Shown: positions 36,832-47,622, counted from the stretch's first letter. The stretch is DNA of 64,000 bases from Candidatus Anderseniibacteriota bacterium (GCA_016197005.1 JACPWO010000001.1:87266-151265), one strand, 5' to 3'. Program-made: numbers and translations. The notes: generated by a model from the sequence alone, not told the origin.

Positions 36832-37755
36832 GTGGTTCTCGGATTTAAAACCGGCCCGAAAAATTTCGCCGAGGGACAACAGGCTATCACTAAACATGGT
36901 GCGAAGATGTGTGAGATTTGGTTCAATGTTACGGAGCAGAAACCATACAACGAGATATTTACCTGGCTGCAAGATCGAGACGTCCGTATTGGATTACATC
37001 ATTGGGGATTAGTAGAAGGTCGCTACAAAACGAATCTAATGACAGCTGATGAGGCTATTCGGACAGAAACTATCCGGCAGATAAAGCAAACGATTGATAT
37101 TGCCGCAGATATTCAAGCGGTATACGTAAACATTCACCCGGGAGCTCAGGCAATAGAACGGCTTAATTTCGAAGCAAACACCCAAGGACCGGAAAATAAA
37201 GCGTCTACCTCAGCTGAACTAGCAGAAACGTTACTTCTGGAGGGTGCGCGTGAGCTACAGTTCTACGCAAAAGAAAAATCTATCCTTCTCACCATTGAAA
37301 CTCTCCCCGGAAAAGAAAATACCGAATACATGGCCGGGCGAAGCCGGATATATGACCCAGGAAATGCGTCCCTACCGATGATGGAAAAACTAACCGTTCA
37401 AGGAAATTTCATCGCAAATGACCTGACACATACCACCGGGCAAATTTCGAAAGAGACTGACAACACGCAAGAGATATGGAAGCGGTTATTCTCATTTACC
37501 CAGAAGATTGCACCAGCCACTCGTCTTATTCACATCAATACAGTAGAGCCACCATATAACGGAACTGACTCACATGGCGGTATTACTGACAATGATTTTA
37601 CGACCGAGCGATTTCCCAGTAAAGAACAGCTACAACAAATCCTCAGCCTTTTCTCACATCGAGATGATGTGTACATTGTTCCGGAACCACGTGAAAATAC
37701 CCAAGACAACTTTTTAGCTCTAAAGGTGCTAGCCAGCGAGGATAACCCAGAGTAG
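36832..37755 (+). CDS. xylose-isomerase-like TIM-barrel protein (sugar phosphate isomerase/epimerase or AP-endonuclease-2 superfamily)
   Basis: Pattern of spaced H/E/D residues (IGLHHWG, VNIHPG, TIETLPG) typical of this superfamily. Weak assignment. Confidence 0.4.
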   Translation: MVLGFKTGPKNFAEGQQAITKHGAKMCEIWFNVTEQKPYNEIFTWLQDRDVRIGLHHWGLVEGRYKTNLMTADEAIRTETIRQIKQTIDIAADIQAVYVNIHPGAQAIERLNFEANTQGPENKASTSAELAETLLLEGARELQFYAKEKSILLTIETLPGKENTEYMAGRSRIYDPGNASLPMMEKLTVQGNFIANDLTHTTGQISKETDNTQEIWKRLFSFTQKIAPATRLIHINTVEPPYNGTDSHGGITDNDFTTERFPSKEQLQQILSLFSHRDDVYIVPEPRENTQDNFLALKVLASEDNPE

Positions 37756-37766
37756 AATTTTTGTAG

Positions 37767-39107
37767 ATGAAATTCAGCAATCGAAAACAGACAATAAGTA
37801 CTGTATTACTCGTGCTGGCGGTGGGCCTATCGGCGTGGGTGGCTAGTCCATGGCATCCGTCCATTTCTTTAGGCGCATTTCAGCGAGATTTAAACTTAAA
37901 ACTAGGACTTGATCTCCAAGGGGGATCCCATTTGGTATACCGAGCTACTATAGATGAAGAGCAGATTGAAAACCCCGATGAAGCTTTAGGTGGTGTTCGT
38001 GACGTCATTGAACGTCGCGTTAATGTTTTTGGTGTCTCGGAGCCAGTTATTCAAACGAATAAGGTGGGAAATGAATACCGGGTAATTGTGGAGCTGGCTG
38101 GCGTATTTGACGTCGAAGAATCCATTCGTCTTATTGGCGAGACTCCACAATTGGATTTCCGTCGAGAAGTAGAAAGTGAAGGAGAAGTACCAATCAATAC
38201 AGATGCAGCTGATCCTGCAATCTTAGGACCCTTATTTGAACGGACTGAGCTTTCCGGTCGTCACCTAAGCCGAGCGACGGTAGATTTTGATCAACTCTCT
38301 GGACAGCCCCAGGTAAACTTGGAATTTGATGGTGAAGGCGCTGACCTGTTTGCTCAGTTAACTCGAGAAAGTATTGGAAAAAGAATTGCGATCTACTTAG
38401 ATGATGTTCCCATTAGCGCTCCGGTTGTTAATTCGGAGATAACCGCTGGTCGCGCAGTTATTACGGGCGGTTTTACACTCCCAGAAGCACGTCAACTCGC
38501 TCAGCGTCTCAACGCCGGTGCCCTGCCCGTACCCATTGAACTCATCGGTCAACAAACCGTGGGACCTTCTTTGGGGAAACTATCACTCCAACAAAGCTTG
38601 CTAGCCGGTGTTATTGGACTTACCGCTGTCGTCATTTGGATGACATTGTACTATCGCTTACCAGGTCTGATTGCATCACTTTCTCTAATTATGTACACCG
38701 TTTTGTTTTTAGCAATTATTAAACTCTTTCCCGTCACCCTGACGCTCGCTGGCATTGCTGGTCTCATTATGTCGATTGGTATGGCGCTTGATGCTAACGT
38801 CCTCATTTTTGAGCGCTTTCGAGAAAATCTTCGAGCCGGTCGATCAATTGCGTATTCCCTAAATGAAGGATTTAAAGAGGCGTGGAGTTCAATTTGGGCT
38901 TCCAATATTTCAAGTCTTATTTCTGCGTTTGTCCTATATGGATTTGGTACCTCCATCGTCCGCGGGTTTGCTCTTACCTTTGCCATCGGTATTATATTGT
39001 CGATGTTTACCGCTATTGTTGTCACTCGTGGAATTCTGACTACTGTTCTTACTTGGCAATTCACGCATCGGTCATGGCTCCTTGGTGCTAAAGCAAAAAC
39101 AGTATGA
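37767..39107 (+). CDS. secD: protein-export membrane protein SecD
   Basis: LGLDLQGGSHLVY motif, a periplasmic P1 domain, and a C-terminal 6-TM bundle. Confidence 0.85.
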   Translation: MKFSNRKQTISTVLLVLAVGLSAWVASPWHPSISLGAFQRDLNLKLGLDLQGGSHLVYRATIDEEQIENPDEALGGVRDVIERRVNVFGVSEPVIQTNKVGNEYRVIVELAGVFDVEESIRLIGETPQLDFRREVESEGEVPINTDAADPAILGPLFERTELSGRHLSRATVDFDQLSGQPQVNLEFDGEGADLFAQLTRESIGKRIAIYLDDVPISAPVVNSEITAGRAVITGGFTLPEARQLAQRLNAGALPVPIELIGQQTVGPSLGKLSLQQSLLAGVIGLTAVVIWMTLYYRLPGLIASLSLIMYTVLFLAIIKLFPVTLTLAGIAGLIMSIGMALDANVLIFERFRENLRAGRSIAYSLNEGFKEAWSSIWASNISSLISAFVLYGFGTSIVRGFALTFAIGIILSMFTAIVVTRGILTTVLTWQFTHRSWLLGAKAKTV

Positions 39108-39997
39108 ACAAATATAACCTTATTGCCGCACCAAAAATCTGGCTCATTGTTCCAACCATAACAATCGTGGTGAGTCTTATTATTATCGCGGTCCTACGGC
39201 CCGTGTGGGGAATAGACTTTGTTGGCGGATCACTTATCGAAATAGAAGCACCAACAGAAAAGGCGATAGAAGCGCAAGCTGTTTTAGAACAAGAATTTGG
39301 ACTACCTGCGACTTCACAGCCAACCCAAGACGGAACCATTATTCTTCGTACTAATACGATTGATAACGAAAAGAAGAATGCAATTGTTGAACGCCTAAAG
39401 GAGGTTGGCATCATGACGGGAGAAGAGCGCCGCTATGAGACAATTGGTCCAACCATTGGACAAGAACTGCGACGAAAGACAGCGGTGGCGGTAGGCGTAG
39501 TTGTGGTTGCCATGATCGCATATTTGGCATATGAGTTTCGCCGCACCAAAGGACTCATTACTCCCTGGCAATTCGGCGTAGCTGCCACCTGGGCGCTTAT
39601 CCACGACTTAGTACTGATCACAGCGTTATTCGTCATATTCGGACATCTTTGGGGAGCACCGATTGATACCCTCTTCGTTACTGCCCAGCTGGCTATTATG
39701 GGGTACTCGGTAAACGACACAATCGTGGTATTTGAACGCTTGTCGCGCGAACGCACCCTTAACAAAAAAGACTCTCTTCTTTCCATTATTAATAGATCTA
39801 TTGGTCTTACGCTGACTCGTTCACTTAACACTGGCTTTACAGCTGTCTTAACTCTCGTCGCTCTCCTGATTTTCGGCGGATCAACTATTCGTTGGTTTGT
39901 CGTCGCTCTGCTGGCAGGAATCCTTACTGGAACATACTCTTCTATTTTTGTAGCCGCTCCAGCATTGTTATGGCTCACAAAGAAACGATCGAAGTAA
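39104..39997 (+). CDS. secF: protein-export membrane protein SecF
   Basis: SecF-family membrane protein in the canonical position after secD, with an ATGA overlap. Confidence 0.85.
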   Translation: MNKYNLIAAPKIWLIVPTITIVVSLIIIAVLRPVWGIDFVGGSLIEIEAPTEKAIEAQAVLEQEFGLPATSQPTQDGTIILRTNTIDNEKKNAIVERLKEVGIMTGEERRYETIGPTIGQELRRKTAVAVGVVVVAMIAYLAYEFRRTKGLITPWQFGVAATWALIHDLVLITALFVIFGHLWGAPIDTLFVTAQLAIMGYSVNDTIVVFERLSRERTLNKKDSLLSIINRSIGLTLTRSLNTGFTAVLTLVALLIFGGSTIRWFVVALLAGILTGTYSSIFVAAPALLWLTKKRSK

Positions 39998-40629
39998 GGC
40001 TAGCAGCGTGGGTAGAAGAAGAACAAGCTCAACCACTGCTTTTAACGGGAGCAGGAGCTAACGTAGTGGCTACTTCTTTTACAAAAAAGCTTGATGGTAA
40101 AACAACGGAAATACTGGAGCTTTCTAGTGACAGTTCCTCTCTTAAGGTAAAAGAAGTACGTGAGTTGCTGCTGCGTCTTCATCACACCGCCCTCACCAAA
40201 CGACGGATAATTATAATCCCTGGAGCTGAACGACTCCTGCCCGCATCCGCGAATGCCCTCTTAAAAGAACTCGAGGAAACAGGAAAACAAAATCGATTCC
40301 TTTTAGTAACGGCTTATCCTGGAAGACTGCTCGCAACTATTCGTTCCCGGTGCCAAACCGTGCGGGTAGCTGCAGAGAAAGAAGTAGCAATAGGTATAGG
40401 ACAGCTGCCATCCTTCGACCCGAAACGGAAAATCCCTCTTACAACTGAGGAGATATCGGCGATAGCCGGTGCACTGCAGCAAAAATTAGCAAAACAAGGC
40501 CCAACACCAGAGCTGCGCCGGAGTTTCTTGCGCTTACGAGACTATTACAAAATCCAAGCCCTTCGCGGGAACACTCGTCTGGCGGCTGACGTTTTACTTG
40601 CATCCCTGCCCAACCTTCAGGATACTTAG
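39970..40629 (+). CDS. holB: DNA polymerase III delta-prime subunit-like (AAA+ clamp-loader subunit)
   Basis: ANALLKELEE and TIRSRCQ clamp-loader signatures. ATG at 39970 preferred. The P-loop is degenerate, as is typical for delta-prime. Confidence 0.65.
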   Translation: MAHKETIEVRLAAWVEEEQAQPLLLTGAGANVVATSFTKKLDGKTTEILELSSDSSSLKVKEVRELLLRLHHTALTKRRIIIIPGAERLLPASANALLKELEETGKQNRFLLVTAYPGRLLATIRSRCQTVRVAAEKEVAIGIGQLPSFDPKRKIPLTTEEISAIAGALQQKLAKQGPTPELRRSFLRLRDYYKIQALRGNTRLAADVLLASLPNLQDT

Positions 40630-40639
40630 AGTATTACTT

Positions 40640-41200
40640 ATGCCATTATCTCAAGCTCAAGATGTATTTAATAAAGAGAAGGAGGAGGCCATCGAGTGGC
40701 TTCACAACGAAATTGGTTCACTGCGCTCCAACCGTGTAAAGCCAGATATTATTCTCAACCTTCAGGTGGAGGCCTATGGGACGCGGAATCAGATGCAAAG
40801 TATTGCGTCAGTAACGAGTAGTGATGCCCGAACACTTGTTATTTCTCCGTATGATAAAGGCACTATGCAGGCGATTGAAAAAGCAGTTACTGAAGCAAAT
40901 TTAGGAGTGCAGCCTATTGTCGAGGGTATGATCATTCGGTTAGTGTTTCCTTCATTAACTGATGAAGTCCGTAAACAAACACTGAAGCTTTTGCATAATA
41001 AAGTCGAAGAAGCTCGGGTCCGTATGCGACAAGGAAGAGATGAGGCTTTACGGCTCTTAAAACAGGAGCGAGAAAAGGGCGATTTGCCTGAAGATGATTT
41101 TTATAACGGCAAAGAAGAATTGGATAAAATGATTGGTGACGCCGGCAAAGAAGTTGACGCAATTGTCCAGAAAAAAGAGACCGATATAGCTGCAATTTAG
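40640..41200 (+). CDS. frr: ribosome recycling factor
   Basis: RRF family (RSNRVKPDIILNLQVEAYG, ISPYD). ATG at 40640 preferred over the extended track ORF. Confidence 0.85.
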   Translation: MPLSQAQDVFNKEKEEAIEWLHNEIGSLRSNRVKPDIILNLQVEAYGTRNQMQSIASVTSSDARTLVISPYDKGTMQAIEKAVTEANLGVQPIVEGMIIRLVFPSLTDEVRKQTLKLLHNKVEEARVRMRQGRDEALRLLKQEREKGDLPEDDFYNGKEELDKMIGDAGKEVDAIVQKKETDIAAI

Positions 41201-41249
41201 CGAGAGGATACACTGGCGTCTGCGCTGTATTCGCGATACGCTGAAAGGC

Positions 41250-42323
41250 ATGCTTTTGGCTATTGTCGTATTTGTAGTCATGCTCCTTGTCCTCGTGCTC
41301 GTGCATGAGCTGGGGCATCTTTTAGCTGCAAAATGGGCTGGCTGCAAAGTAGAAGAATTTGGATTTGGTTTTCCGCCCAAACTTTTTTCTAGAATTTGGC
41401 GCGGAACCCGTTACTCATTTAACCTCTTACCACTCGGCGGATTCGTAAAAATTGAAGGAGAGAACATGGATGACCCGAATCCTTCTCCTACAAGTTTCGC
41501 ATCTAAGTCTGCCAGCCGGCGTGTATTTATCTTAGCCGCTGGTGTTCTTATGAATATTTTACTGGCGTATGTACTTCTGTCGTGGCAAGCCGCTATTGGC
41601 GCACCGACAGTCGTAACGGATGAAAATACTGCACAGCTCGTTGATCAGAAATCCTACATCCTAGATGTCGTACCTGGCTCTCCGGCCGAAGAAGCCGGCA
41701 TCAAGGCATTTGATCGGATTATTTCTATTGCGGGCATTCAAAATCCTTCCATCGAAGATATTAGTGCCAGTGTCGATGCTCGCTTAGGACGAGAAGTATC
41801 GCTCGAACTTAATCGCGAAGGAAAAAATATTGAGGTGTCAGTTGCCGCTCGAGAAAATCCACCCGAAGGAGAGGGAGCAATGGGCGTGAGTCTAGCTGCC
41901 ACCGGACTTATACAAGTACCATGGTGGCAGGCACCTGTTGCTGGCTTGGTCAGGACTGGGCAAATGTTTGCTGCGATTGTGAGTCAATTTGCTATCCTTG
42001 TGCAGCGTATTTTTAGCGAAGGCGTATTTGATGAGACACTTACTGGCCCGATTGGTATTGCCATTTATACTAACGAAGCTACTCATTTAGGCTTATCGTA
42101 TCTCCTTGAATTTACTGCCTTAATTAGTATTAACTTGGCCATTATTAATATTCTGCCCATTCCCGCTCTTGATGGTGGCCGTATTTTGTTCGTCGCGTTT
42201 GAGAAAGTATTGGGGCGCAAGCGAATCAACAAAGTGGAATACTATGCCCATACCGCCGGGTTTGTCCTATTAATTGCACTGATGGTACTCATTACTTTCA
42301 AAGACATTAAGAAATACTTCTGA
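41250..42323 (+). CDS. rseP: RIP site-2 metalloprotease RseP
   Basis: HELGH zinc motif in TM1, an internal PDZ domain, and the C-terminal LDGG motif. Confidence 0.8.
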   Translation: MLLAIVVFVVMLLVLVLVHELGHLLAAKWAGCKVEEFGFGFPPKLFSRIWRGTRYSFNLLPLGGFVKIEGENMDDPNPSPTSFASKSASRRVFILAAGVLMNILLAYVLLSWQAAIGAPTVVTDENTAQLVDQKSYILDVVPGSPAEEAGIKAFDRIISIAGIQNPSIEDISASVDARLGREVSLELNREGKNIEVSVAARENPPEGEGAMGVSLAATGLIQVPWWQAPVAGLVRTGQMFAAIVSQFAILVQRIFSEGVFDETLTGPIGIAIYTNEATHLGLSYLLEFTALISINLAIINILPIPALDGGRILFVAFEKVLGRKRINKVEYYAHTAGFVLLIALMVLITFKDIKKYF

Positions 42324-42324
42324 C

Positions 42325-43566
42325 ATGCGCTACCAAGAAGCATTCATTAAAACAAGCAAGGGCGGAAAAGAATTCGACTCTGTAAACGCGACCCTCTTGC
42401 AAAAGGGGAGTTTTATTCATCAAACGATGGCGGGAGTATATACCTTTTTGCCATTAGGCTGGCGCGTTCTCACGAAAATTGAAAATATTGTACGTGAAGA
42501 AATGAACGCTATTGGTTCCGAACTTCTCATGCCGACGCTTTCACCGCGGAAATTATGGGAAACTACTAACCGTACTGGCATTGATGTTTTGCTGCAGGCA
42601 GTCGGTGCTAACGATGCCTCGCTGAAGAAGAATCCGGGTGGGTATATCGTGAACCCAACACACGAAGAGGTTATTACGCCAATTGCCCGACAAACGAAAC
42701 CGTCATATCGTGATTTGCCATTTGCGGTTTACCAAATTCAAACAAAATTCCGCAACGAAGAGCGACCAAAGTCGGGGCTCCTTCGGGGACGAGAGTTTCG
42801 GATGAAAGATTTATATAGTTTTCACGCGAGTAAAGAAGATTTGGACTCGTACTACGAGAAATCTAAGAGTGTCTACCAAGCAATATTTGAACACATTGGC
42901 TTAGGAAACGATACTGTTATCGCTCTGGCTTCAGGCGGAGACTTTACGAAAGATTTTTCTCACGAGTTTCAAACAAAGTGCGAAGCCGGTGAAGACCTCA
43001 TTTACCATGATGAAGCCCAAGGTGTGTATTACAACAAAGAAGTAGCTCCAGCTGAACTACAAAAGAAGATTGAGCCATTTGCTGCCTGTGAAGTCGGTAA
43101 TATTTTTCCACTCGGTACAAAATTCACCGAAGCGTTTGACTATACCTATACTGACGAAAGTGGCCAGAAACAACCGGTCTTTATGGCATGCTACGGCATT
43201 GGTACAAGCCGCGTGATGGGAGTCATTGTCGAAAAATTCCACGATGATCGCGGTATTACCTGGCCGGATGCAGTTGCTCCTTTTACGGTTCACCTTGTTT
43301 CTTTACCAAAAGGCAATCCCGCAATCAGCAAACAGGCTGAAGAAATATATCAGGCACTTATGGGTGCCGGAATCGACGTGCTCTTTGATGACCGTCCCGA
43401 TGCTGCTCCTGGTGAGAAATTTGCTGATGCGGACCTCCTTGGTTGCCCGTGGCGAGTGGTCGTTTCTGAAAAAACAGGTGAGAATATTGAGCTCAAACGC
43501 CGATCGGAAAAAGAATTTGAAATTATTACGCTTGATAAAGCCGTAAATCGTATTCATGGAGCATGA
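42325..43566 (+). CDS. proS: proline--tRNA ligase (compact form without insertion/editing domain)
   Basis: Class II motif-2 FRNEERPKSGLLRGREFRMKDLYSF matches the ProRS type. A C-terminal anticodon-binding domain is present. Confidence 0.7.
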   Translation: MRYQEAFIKTSKGGKEFDSVNATLLQKGSFIHQTMAGVYTFLPLGWRVLTKIENIVREEMNAIGSELLMPTLSPRKLWETTNRTGIDVLLQAVGANDASLKKNPGGYIVNPTHEEVITPIARQTKPSYRDLPFAVYQIQTKFRNEERPKSGLLRGREFRMKDLYSFHASKEDLDSYYEKSKSVYQAIFEHIGLGNDTVIALASGGDFTKDFSHEFQTKCEAGEDLIYHDEAQGVYYNKEVAPAELQKKIEPFAACEVGNIFPLGTKFTEAFDYTYTDESGQKQPVFMACYGIGTSRVMGVIVEKFHDDRGITWPDAVAPFTVHLVSLPKGNPAISKQAEEIYQALMGAGIDVLFDDRPDAAPGEKFADADLLGCPWRVVVSEKTGENIELKRRSEKEFEIITLDKAVNRIHGA

Positions 43567-44621
43567 GAGTTTTTAACAATTTCTTAGGCCGATTTTCTCA
43601 GGATATCGGCATCGACTTGGGAACGGCGAATACTCTCGTCTACGTCCGTGGCCAGGGCATCGTTATTAACGAACCGTCAGTAGTGGCCCTTAATCTTAAG
43701 ACGAAGCAAGTCCTCGCCATTGGAAAAGAAGCACAACGGATGGTCGGAAAAACACCGTCTCATATTGTTGCTGTGCGGCCACTTAAAGACGGCGTTATTT
43801 CCGACTTCGAAGTAACTGAGCAGATGCTGAGTTACTTTATCCAAAAAGTACACGAAGATAACTTTCGCTTTTGGCCACGGCCGCGCATCGTTATTGGTAT
43901 TCCTTCATCGGTTACTGAGGTAGAGCGGCGCGCAGTTGAAGAAGCAAGTCTTCGCGCTGGTGCACGATCAGTATTTCTCATTGAGGAATCCATGGCGGCA
44001 GCAATTGGTGCACGGATGCCAATTCATGACGCCCGTGGCAACATTATTGTCGACATTGGCGGTGGAACAACTGATATTTCCGTTATTTCCTTGGGTGGCA
44101 TTGTTATTAACAAAACACTGCGCGTCGCTGGCGACGAGATGAACGAGAACATTGTTCAGTATGTTCGCGACCACTTTAACATGTTGGTGGGTGAACGAAC
44201 GGCCGAAGAAATAAAGATTCGGATTGGCTCAGCCGCTGAAATGCCGGAAGGATTAGAGACCCCGCTGCGCGGGCGGGACTTAGTTACTGGATTACCCAAA
44301 GAAATCATTATTAATTCAGCCCAAATTCGTGAAGCCATTCGTCGTTCCGTTACTATTATTACTGACGCTATAAAGGCAGCAGTTGAGGTAACACCCCCAG
44401 AATTGTTATCTGATATTATTGAGCATGGTATTCATTTGGCCGGTGGAGGCGCACTGCTCCGCGGTCTTGATCAAGTAATCCAACAAGCAACCCAAATTCG
44501 CACGGTTACAGTCGATGATCCGCTGACGGCGGTAGTACGAGGGACAGGTATTGTCTTGGAAGACCTTGAGGCTCTACAAGAAGTTCTCCTGCCTAGTGTT
44601 CACAATCAGCGCCTAAAGTAA
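43563..44621 (+). CDS. mreB: rod shape-determining protein MreB
   Basis: IGIDLGTANT, DIGGGTTD. Followed by mreC, mreD and mrdA. Confidence 0.9.
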   Translation: MRVFNNFLGRFSQDIGIDLGTANTLVYVRGQGIVINEPSVVALNLKTKQVLAIGKEAQRMVGKTPSHIVAVRPLKDGVISDFEVTEQMLSYFIQKVHEDNFRFWPRPRIVIGIPSSVTEVERRAVEEASLRAGARSVFLIEESMAAAIGARMPIHDARGNIIVDIGGGTTDISVISLGGIVINKTLRVAGDEMNENIVQYVRDHFNMLVGERTAEEIKIRIGSAAEMPEGLETPLRGRDLVTGLPKEIIINSAQIREAIRRSVTIITDAIKAAVEVTPPELLSDIIEHGIHLAGGGALLRGLDQVIQQATQIRTVTVDDPLTAVVRGTGIVLEDLEALQEVLLPSVHNQRLK

Positions 44622-44622
44622 T

Positions 44623-45387
44623 ATGGAGCGGCGTAACAGTTTTGCCATTGGAATCTTGGCACTGCTTGCCGGCATTCTACTGTTTTTCCAGACACCAATC
44701 ATGGAGACCGCTCGCTTCAAAGCCTGGGATCTTCTCACTTCAGCTTCCGCGTTCGTTTTCAGCATTGAAGACGCTCAGCAAGAAGAATCACTACCCGAGG
44801 AGCTCAGTCGCCTACAAGCAGAAAACACGCGTCTGAAGGCCGAGGGAGCCGATTACCGACGCCTCCGTCGCCAGCTTGGCACTCCGGAAATAGCTGATGT
44901 TCGTCTCCTGGCGGCCGCGGTAGTAGGACGACCAATTGAGACCTATCAATCGATTATTATTATTTCCCGCGGTACCGCCGATGGTATTTCTATTGGAGAT
45001 CCCGCTGTTGTGTTTGGAAATGTACTCGTCGGCTTCATTTCTGCCACTCATGAGCACAGTGCTGAACTAACGAGTTTGTATCATCCAAGCGTTTCTGTTC
45101 CCGCCGAAGCGGTGAATAATGATGAGGAAGCCCCCGCCGCTCGTGGTCTGCTCACCAGTTCTTTTTATTCCGCTCTTCGCCTTACCACCGTACCGAAAGA
45201 TACTACGCTTTCCGTGGATCAGAGTGTTGTTACCACCGCTGATGGTAGTAAAGTTCCGTATGGCTTACTAGTAGGTCAAATAGAATCAGTAAAAAATGAG
45301 GAGTTTGATCCCTATCAAGAAGCTCGTATTAAAGTTCCGTATGACCTGGACACTATTGATGTTGTAACCATCTTAACTCAACCATGA
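44623..45387 (+). CDS. mreC: rod shape-determining protein MreC
   Basis: N-terminal TM segment, a coiled coil (LQAENTRLKAE), and a beta-rich C-domain in the canonical position. Confidence 0.75.
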   Translation: MERRNSFAIGILALLAGILLFFQTPIMETARFKAWDLLTSASAFVFSIEDAQQEESLPEELSRLQAENTRLKAEGADYRRLRRQLGTPEIADVRLLAAAVVGRPIETYQSIIIISRGTADGISIGDPAVVFGNVLVGFISATHEHSAELTSLYHPSVSVPAEAVNNDEEAPAARGLLTSSFYSALRLTTVPKDTTLSVDQSVVTTADGSKVPYGLLVGQIESVKNEEFDPYQEARIKVPYDLDTIDVVTILTQP

Positions 45388-45815
45388 GGCCAGTTATTGT
45401 CTTCGGAGGATTGGCTCTTTTGCATACCCTGGTGCAAACAAGCCTCCTTTCGCCGTTTTTATTTCCCCTGTCAGCGGCATTTGTTATGAGTACGATCGAG
45501 CCACGGATTCTCTTACTTCTCATATCCGGCACCATACTTGAGTTTTTTTCTTCGTTGCCGCCGGGTTTACTTCTTATAAGTATGTTAACTCCACTCGCCG
45601 CCCAACTTGTATTTGGGAAAATGACACCACAATTTTCTTGGCGTTTTCTCTTGGTAGCAGTAGCAGTTACCCTGCTGCAAGTGATTGTTATAGTGAGTGT
45701 ACCCGTGATTACCTATAGCAGCAGTACTCTTGCGCTGCCAAGTATCCTTTGGCTTGCTGGGGGTACTGCTCTGACATCATTTTTAGGAGCAGCTTTTTGG
45801 CATGAATATGAATAA
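45384..45815 (+). CDS. mreD: rod shape-determining protein MreD-like small polytopic membrane protein
   Basis: 143-aa hydrophobic protein between mreC and mrdA with overlapping start and stop codons. Confidence 0.5.
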   Translation: MRPVIVFGGLALLHTLVQTSLLSPFLFPLSAAFVMSTIEPRILLLLISGTILEFFSSLPPGLLLISMLTPLAAQLVFGKMTPQFSWRFLLVAVAVTLLQVIVIVSVPVITYSSSTLALPSILWLAGGTALTSFLGAAFWHEYE

Positions 45816-47622
45816 ATATCATACTTCTTCGACAGATTTCCTCATTGAAGGGACGCGGGCACTGCCGGCGAGGACTCATCTTCGTTATGGCGTGCCAGCG
45901 GTGGCTATGGCGTTGGTCGTAGTACTGCTAGCTGGGCGGAGTTTTTATTTACAAGTTGTACAGGGAGCGTCTTTTCGAGACCGGGCCGAGAATAACCGCA
46001 TTCATGAAATAAGTATTGAAGCTCCTCGCGGAATTATTTATGACCGGACAGGAAAACAGCTCGTCAGTAATATTCCAGCAACCGACTTAGTTCTCGACCC
46101 CATATTATTGCCCCCACAAGAAGAAGAAACGGCTCTCATTGAAAATTTACTGCAGCTTATACCTGAGCTTTCGCCAGAACAGGTAAAAAATGCACTGCAG
46201 GACTGTCGAACGAGGGGGCGAGAGATTATAATTGCAAAGGCGCTATCACACGATAAAGTCTTACAGCTTCAGGAATCTGAAGCCACTATCCGCGGCACTC
46301 GGCTGGCATCATCACTGGTAAGGGATTATTCACCGGCTCATGCTATGGCTCACGTCCTAGGATATACCAGCCTCGTATCCGACGAGGATCTCACTAAAAA
46401 TCCAGATCTCCTGCTGCGTGATCAAATCGGCAAAAGTGGAATTGAAAAACAATATGACAAGGTCCTCCGCGGACAGCCAGGGGTATCGTACCGGGAAGTG
46501 AATGCGAGTGGACGTCCACAAACTGACCTTGGCGTGACAAATCCTGTGGCCGGACAAGATATTTCGCTAACGCTCGATTCTGAATTACAAGAGTTCATCT
46601 TTGGACTCTTTTCGGAACGAGACGGTAAGCGTAAAGAGGGAGATGCTGTTGTTAAAGGTGCAGCCGTAGTAGTCGATCCGCGCAATGGCGAGGTACTCGC
46701 AGCGGTTAGTTATCCTTCTTTTGATCCCAATGCATTTTCCCAAGGCGGTAATAAAGGAGCAGCTGCCATTATGGATGCAAACCAACCATTGTTTAATCGA
46801 TTTTCTGATGGTACCTACGCGTCTGGATCAATCATTAAGCCGTACCTCGCGGCGGCGGCTCTTGAAGAAAATTTAATTACACCGCAGACCACCTTAGTAT
46901 CTACTGGTGGCATAAGAATCGGCCCCTGGTTCTTTCCTGATTGGAAAGCTGGCGGGCACGGCGTCACGAATGTTACGAAAGCACTGGCTGAATCGGTAAA
47001 TACATTTTTCTATGCTATTACTGGCGGCTGGGAAGGACAGAGTGGCTTAGGGGTAGAGCGAGCAAAAAGTTATATGGAAAAATTCGGTTGGGGTACCCCG
47101 ACCGGCGTAGATTTACCTTCTGAAGCAAGCGGCTTTCTGCCGAGCCCCGACTGGAAGGAAGAAGTAAAGGGGGAGTCGTGGTACGTCGGAGATACCTATC
47201 ATTTTGGAATTGGGCAGGGAGATATATTGGTAACGCCCCTACAAGTTGCTGCCTCAACTGCCGCGATCGCCGATGGAAAATACTTGCGCCGTCCGCACTT
47301 TGTTGCTGGAGAAGATAACCGCAAACAACTTCCTATTTCTGCTACCAACATGCAAGTAGTTAGAGCCGGTATGCGACAAACGGTAACTGAGGGATCGGGG
47401 CGAGCGCTGGAGAGTCTGCCGCTGCCAATTGCTGGTAAGACAGGAACAGCTCAGGTTGGAGGCGTGGAAGATACCCACGCGTGGTTTACAAGCTTTGCGC
47501 CCTACGATAACCCACAGTTTGTCGTGACTGTTCTACTAGAGCGAGGAGGAGCAGGAGACGTTGATGCCGTGCCGGTGGCCAAAGAAATTTGGCAGTGGCT
47601 TATCGAAAATAGGCAGCCATAA
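45802..47622 (+). CDS. mrdA: penicillin-binding protein 2 (peptidoglycan D,D-transpeptidase MrdA)
   Basis: N-terminal TM segment, the PBP dimerisation domain, and SxxK (SGSIIKP), SxN and KTG (KTGTAQ) motifs. Confidence 0.85.
   Translation: MNMNKYHTSSTDFLIEGTRALPARTHLRYGVPAVAMALVVVLLAGRSFYLQVVQGASFRDRAENNRIHEISIEAPRGIIYDRTGKQLVSNIPATDLVLDPILLPPQEEETALIENLLQLIPELSPEQVKNALQDCRTRGREIIIAKALSHDKVLQLQESEATIRGTRLASSLVRDYSPAHAMAHVLGYTSLVSDEDLTKNPDLLLRDQIGKSGIEKQYDKVLRGQPGVSYREVNASGRPQTDLGVTNPVAGQDISLTLDSELQEFIFGLFSERDGKRKEGDAVVKGAAVVVDPRNGEVLAAVSYPSFDPNAFSQGGNKGAAAIMDANQPLFNRFSDGTYASGSIIKPYLAAAALEENLITPQTTLVSTGGIRIGPWFFPDWKAGGHGVTNVTKALAESVNTFFYAITGGWEGQSGLGVERAKSYMEKFGWGTPTGVDLPSEASGFLPSPDWKEEVKGESWYVGDTYHFGIGQGDILVTPLQVAASTAAIADGKYLRRPHFVAGEDNRKQLPISATNMQVVRAGMRQTVTEGSGRALESLPLPIAGKTGTAQVGGVEDTHAWFTSFAPYDNPQFVVTVLLERGGAGDVDAVPVAKEIWQWLIENRQP

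Noticed and set aside
38651-39978. Antisense ORFs of 137 and 181 aa inside secD and secF
   Set aside because: Reverse-strand translations of membrane-protein genes. No start context or homology.
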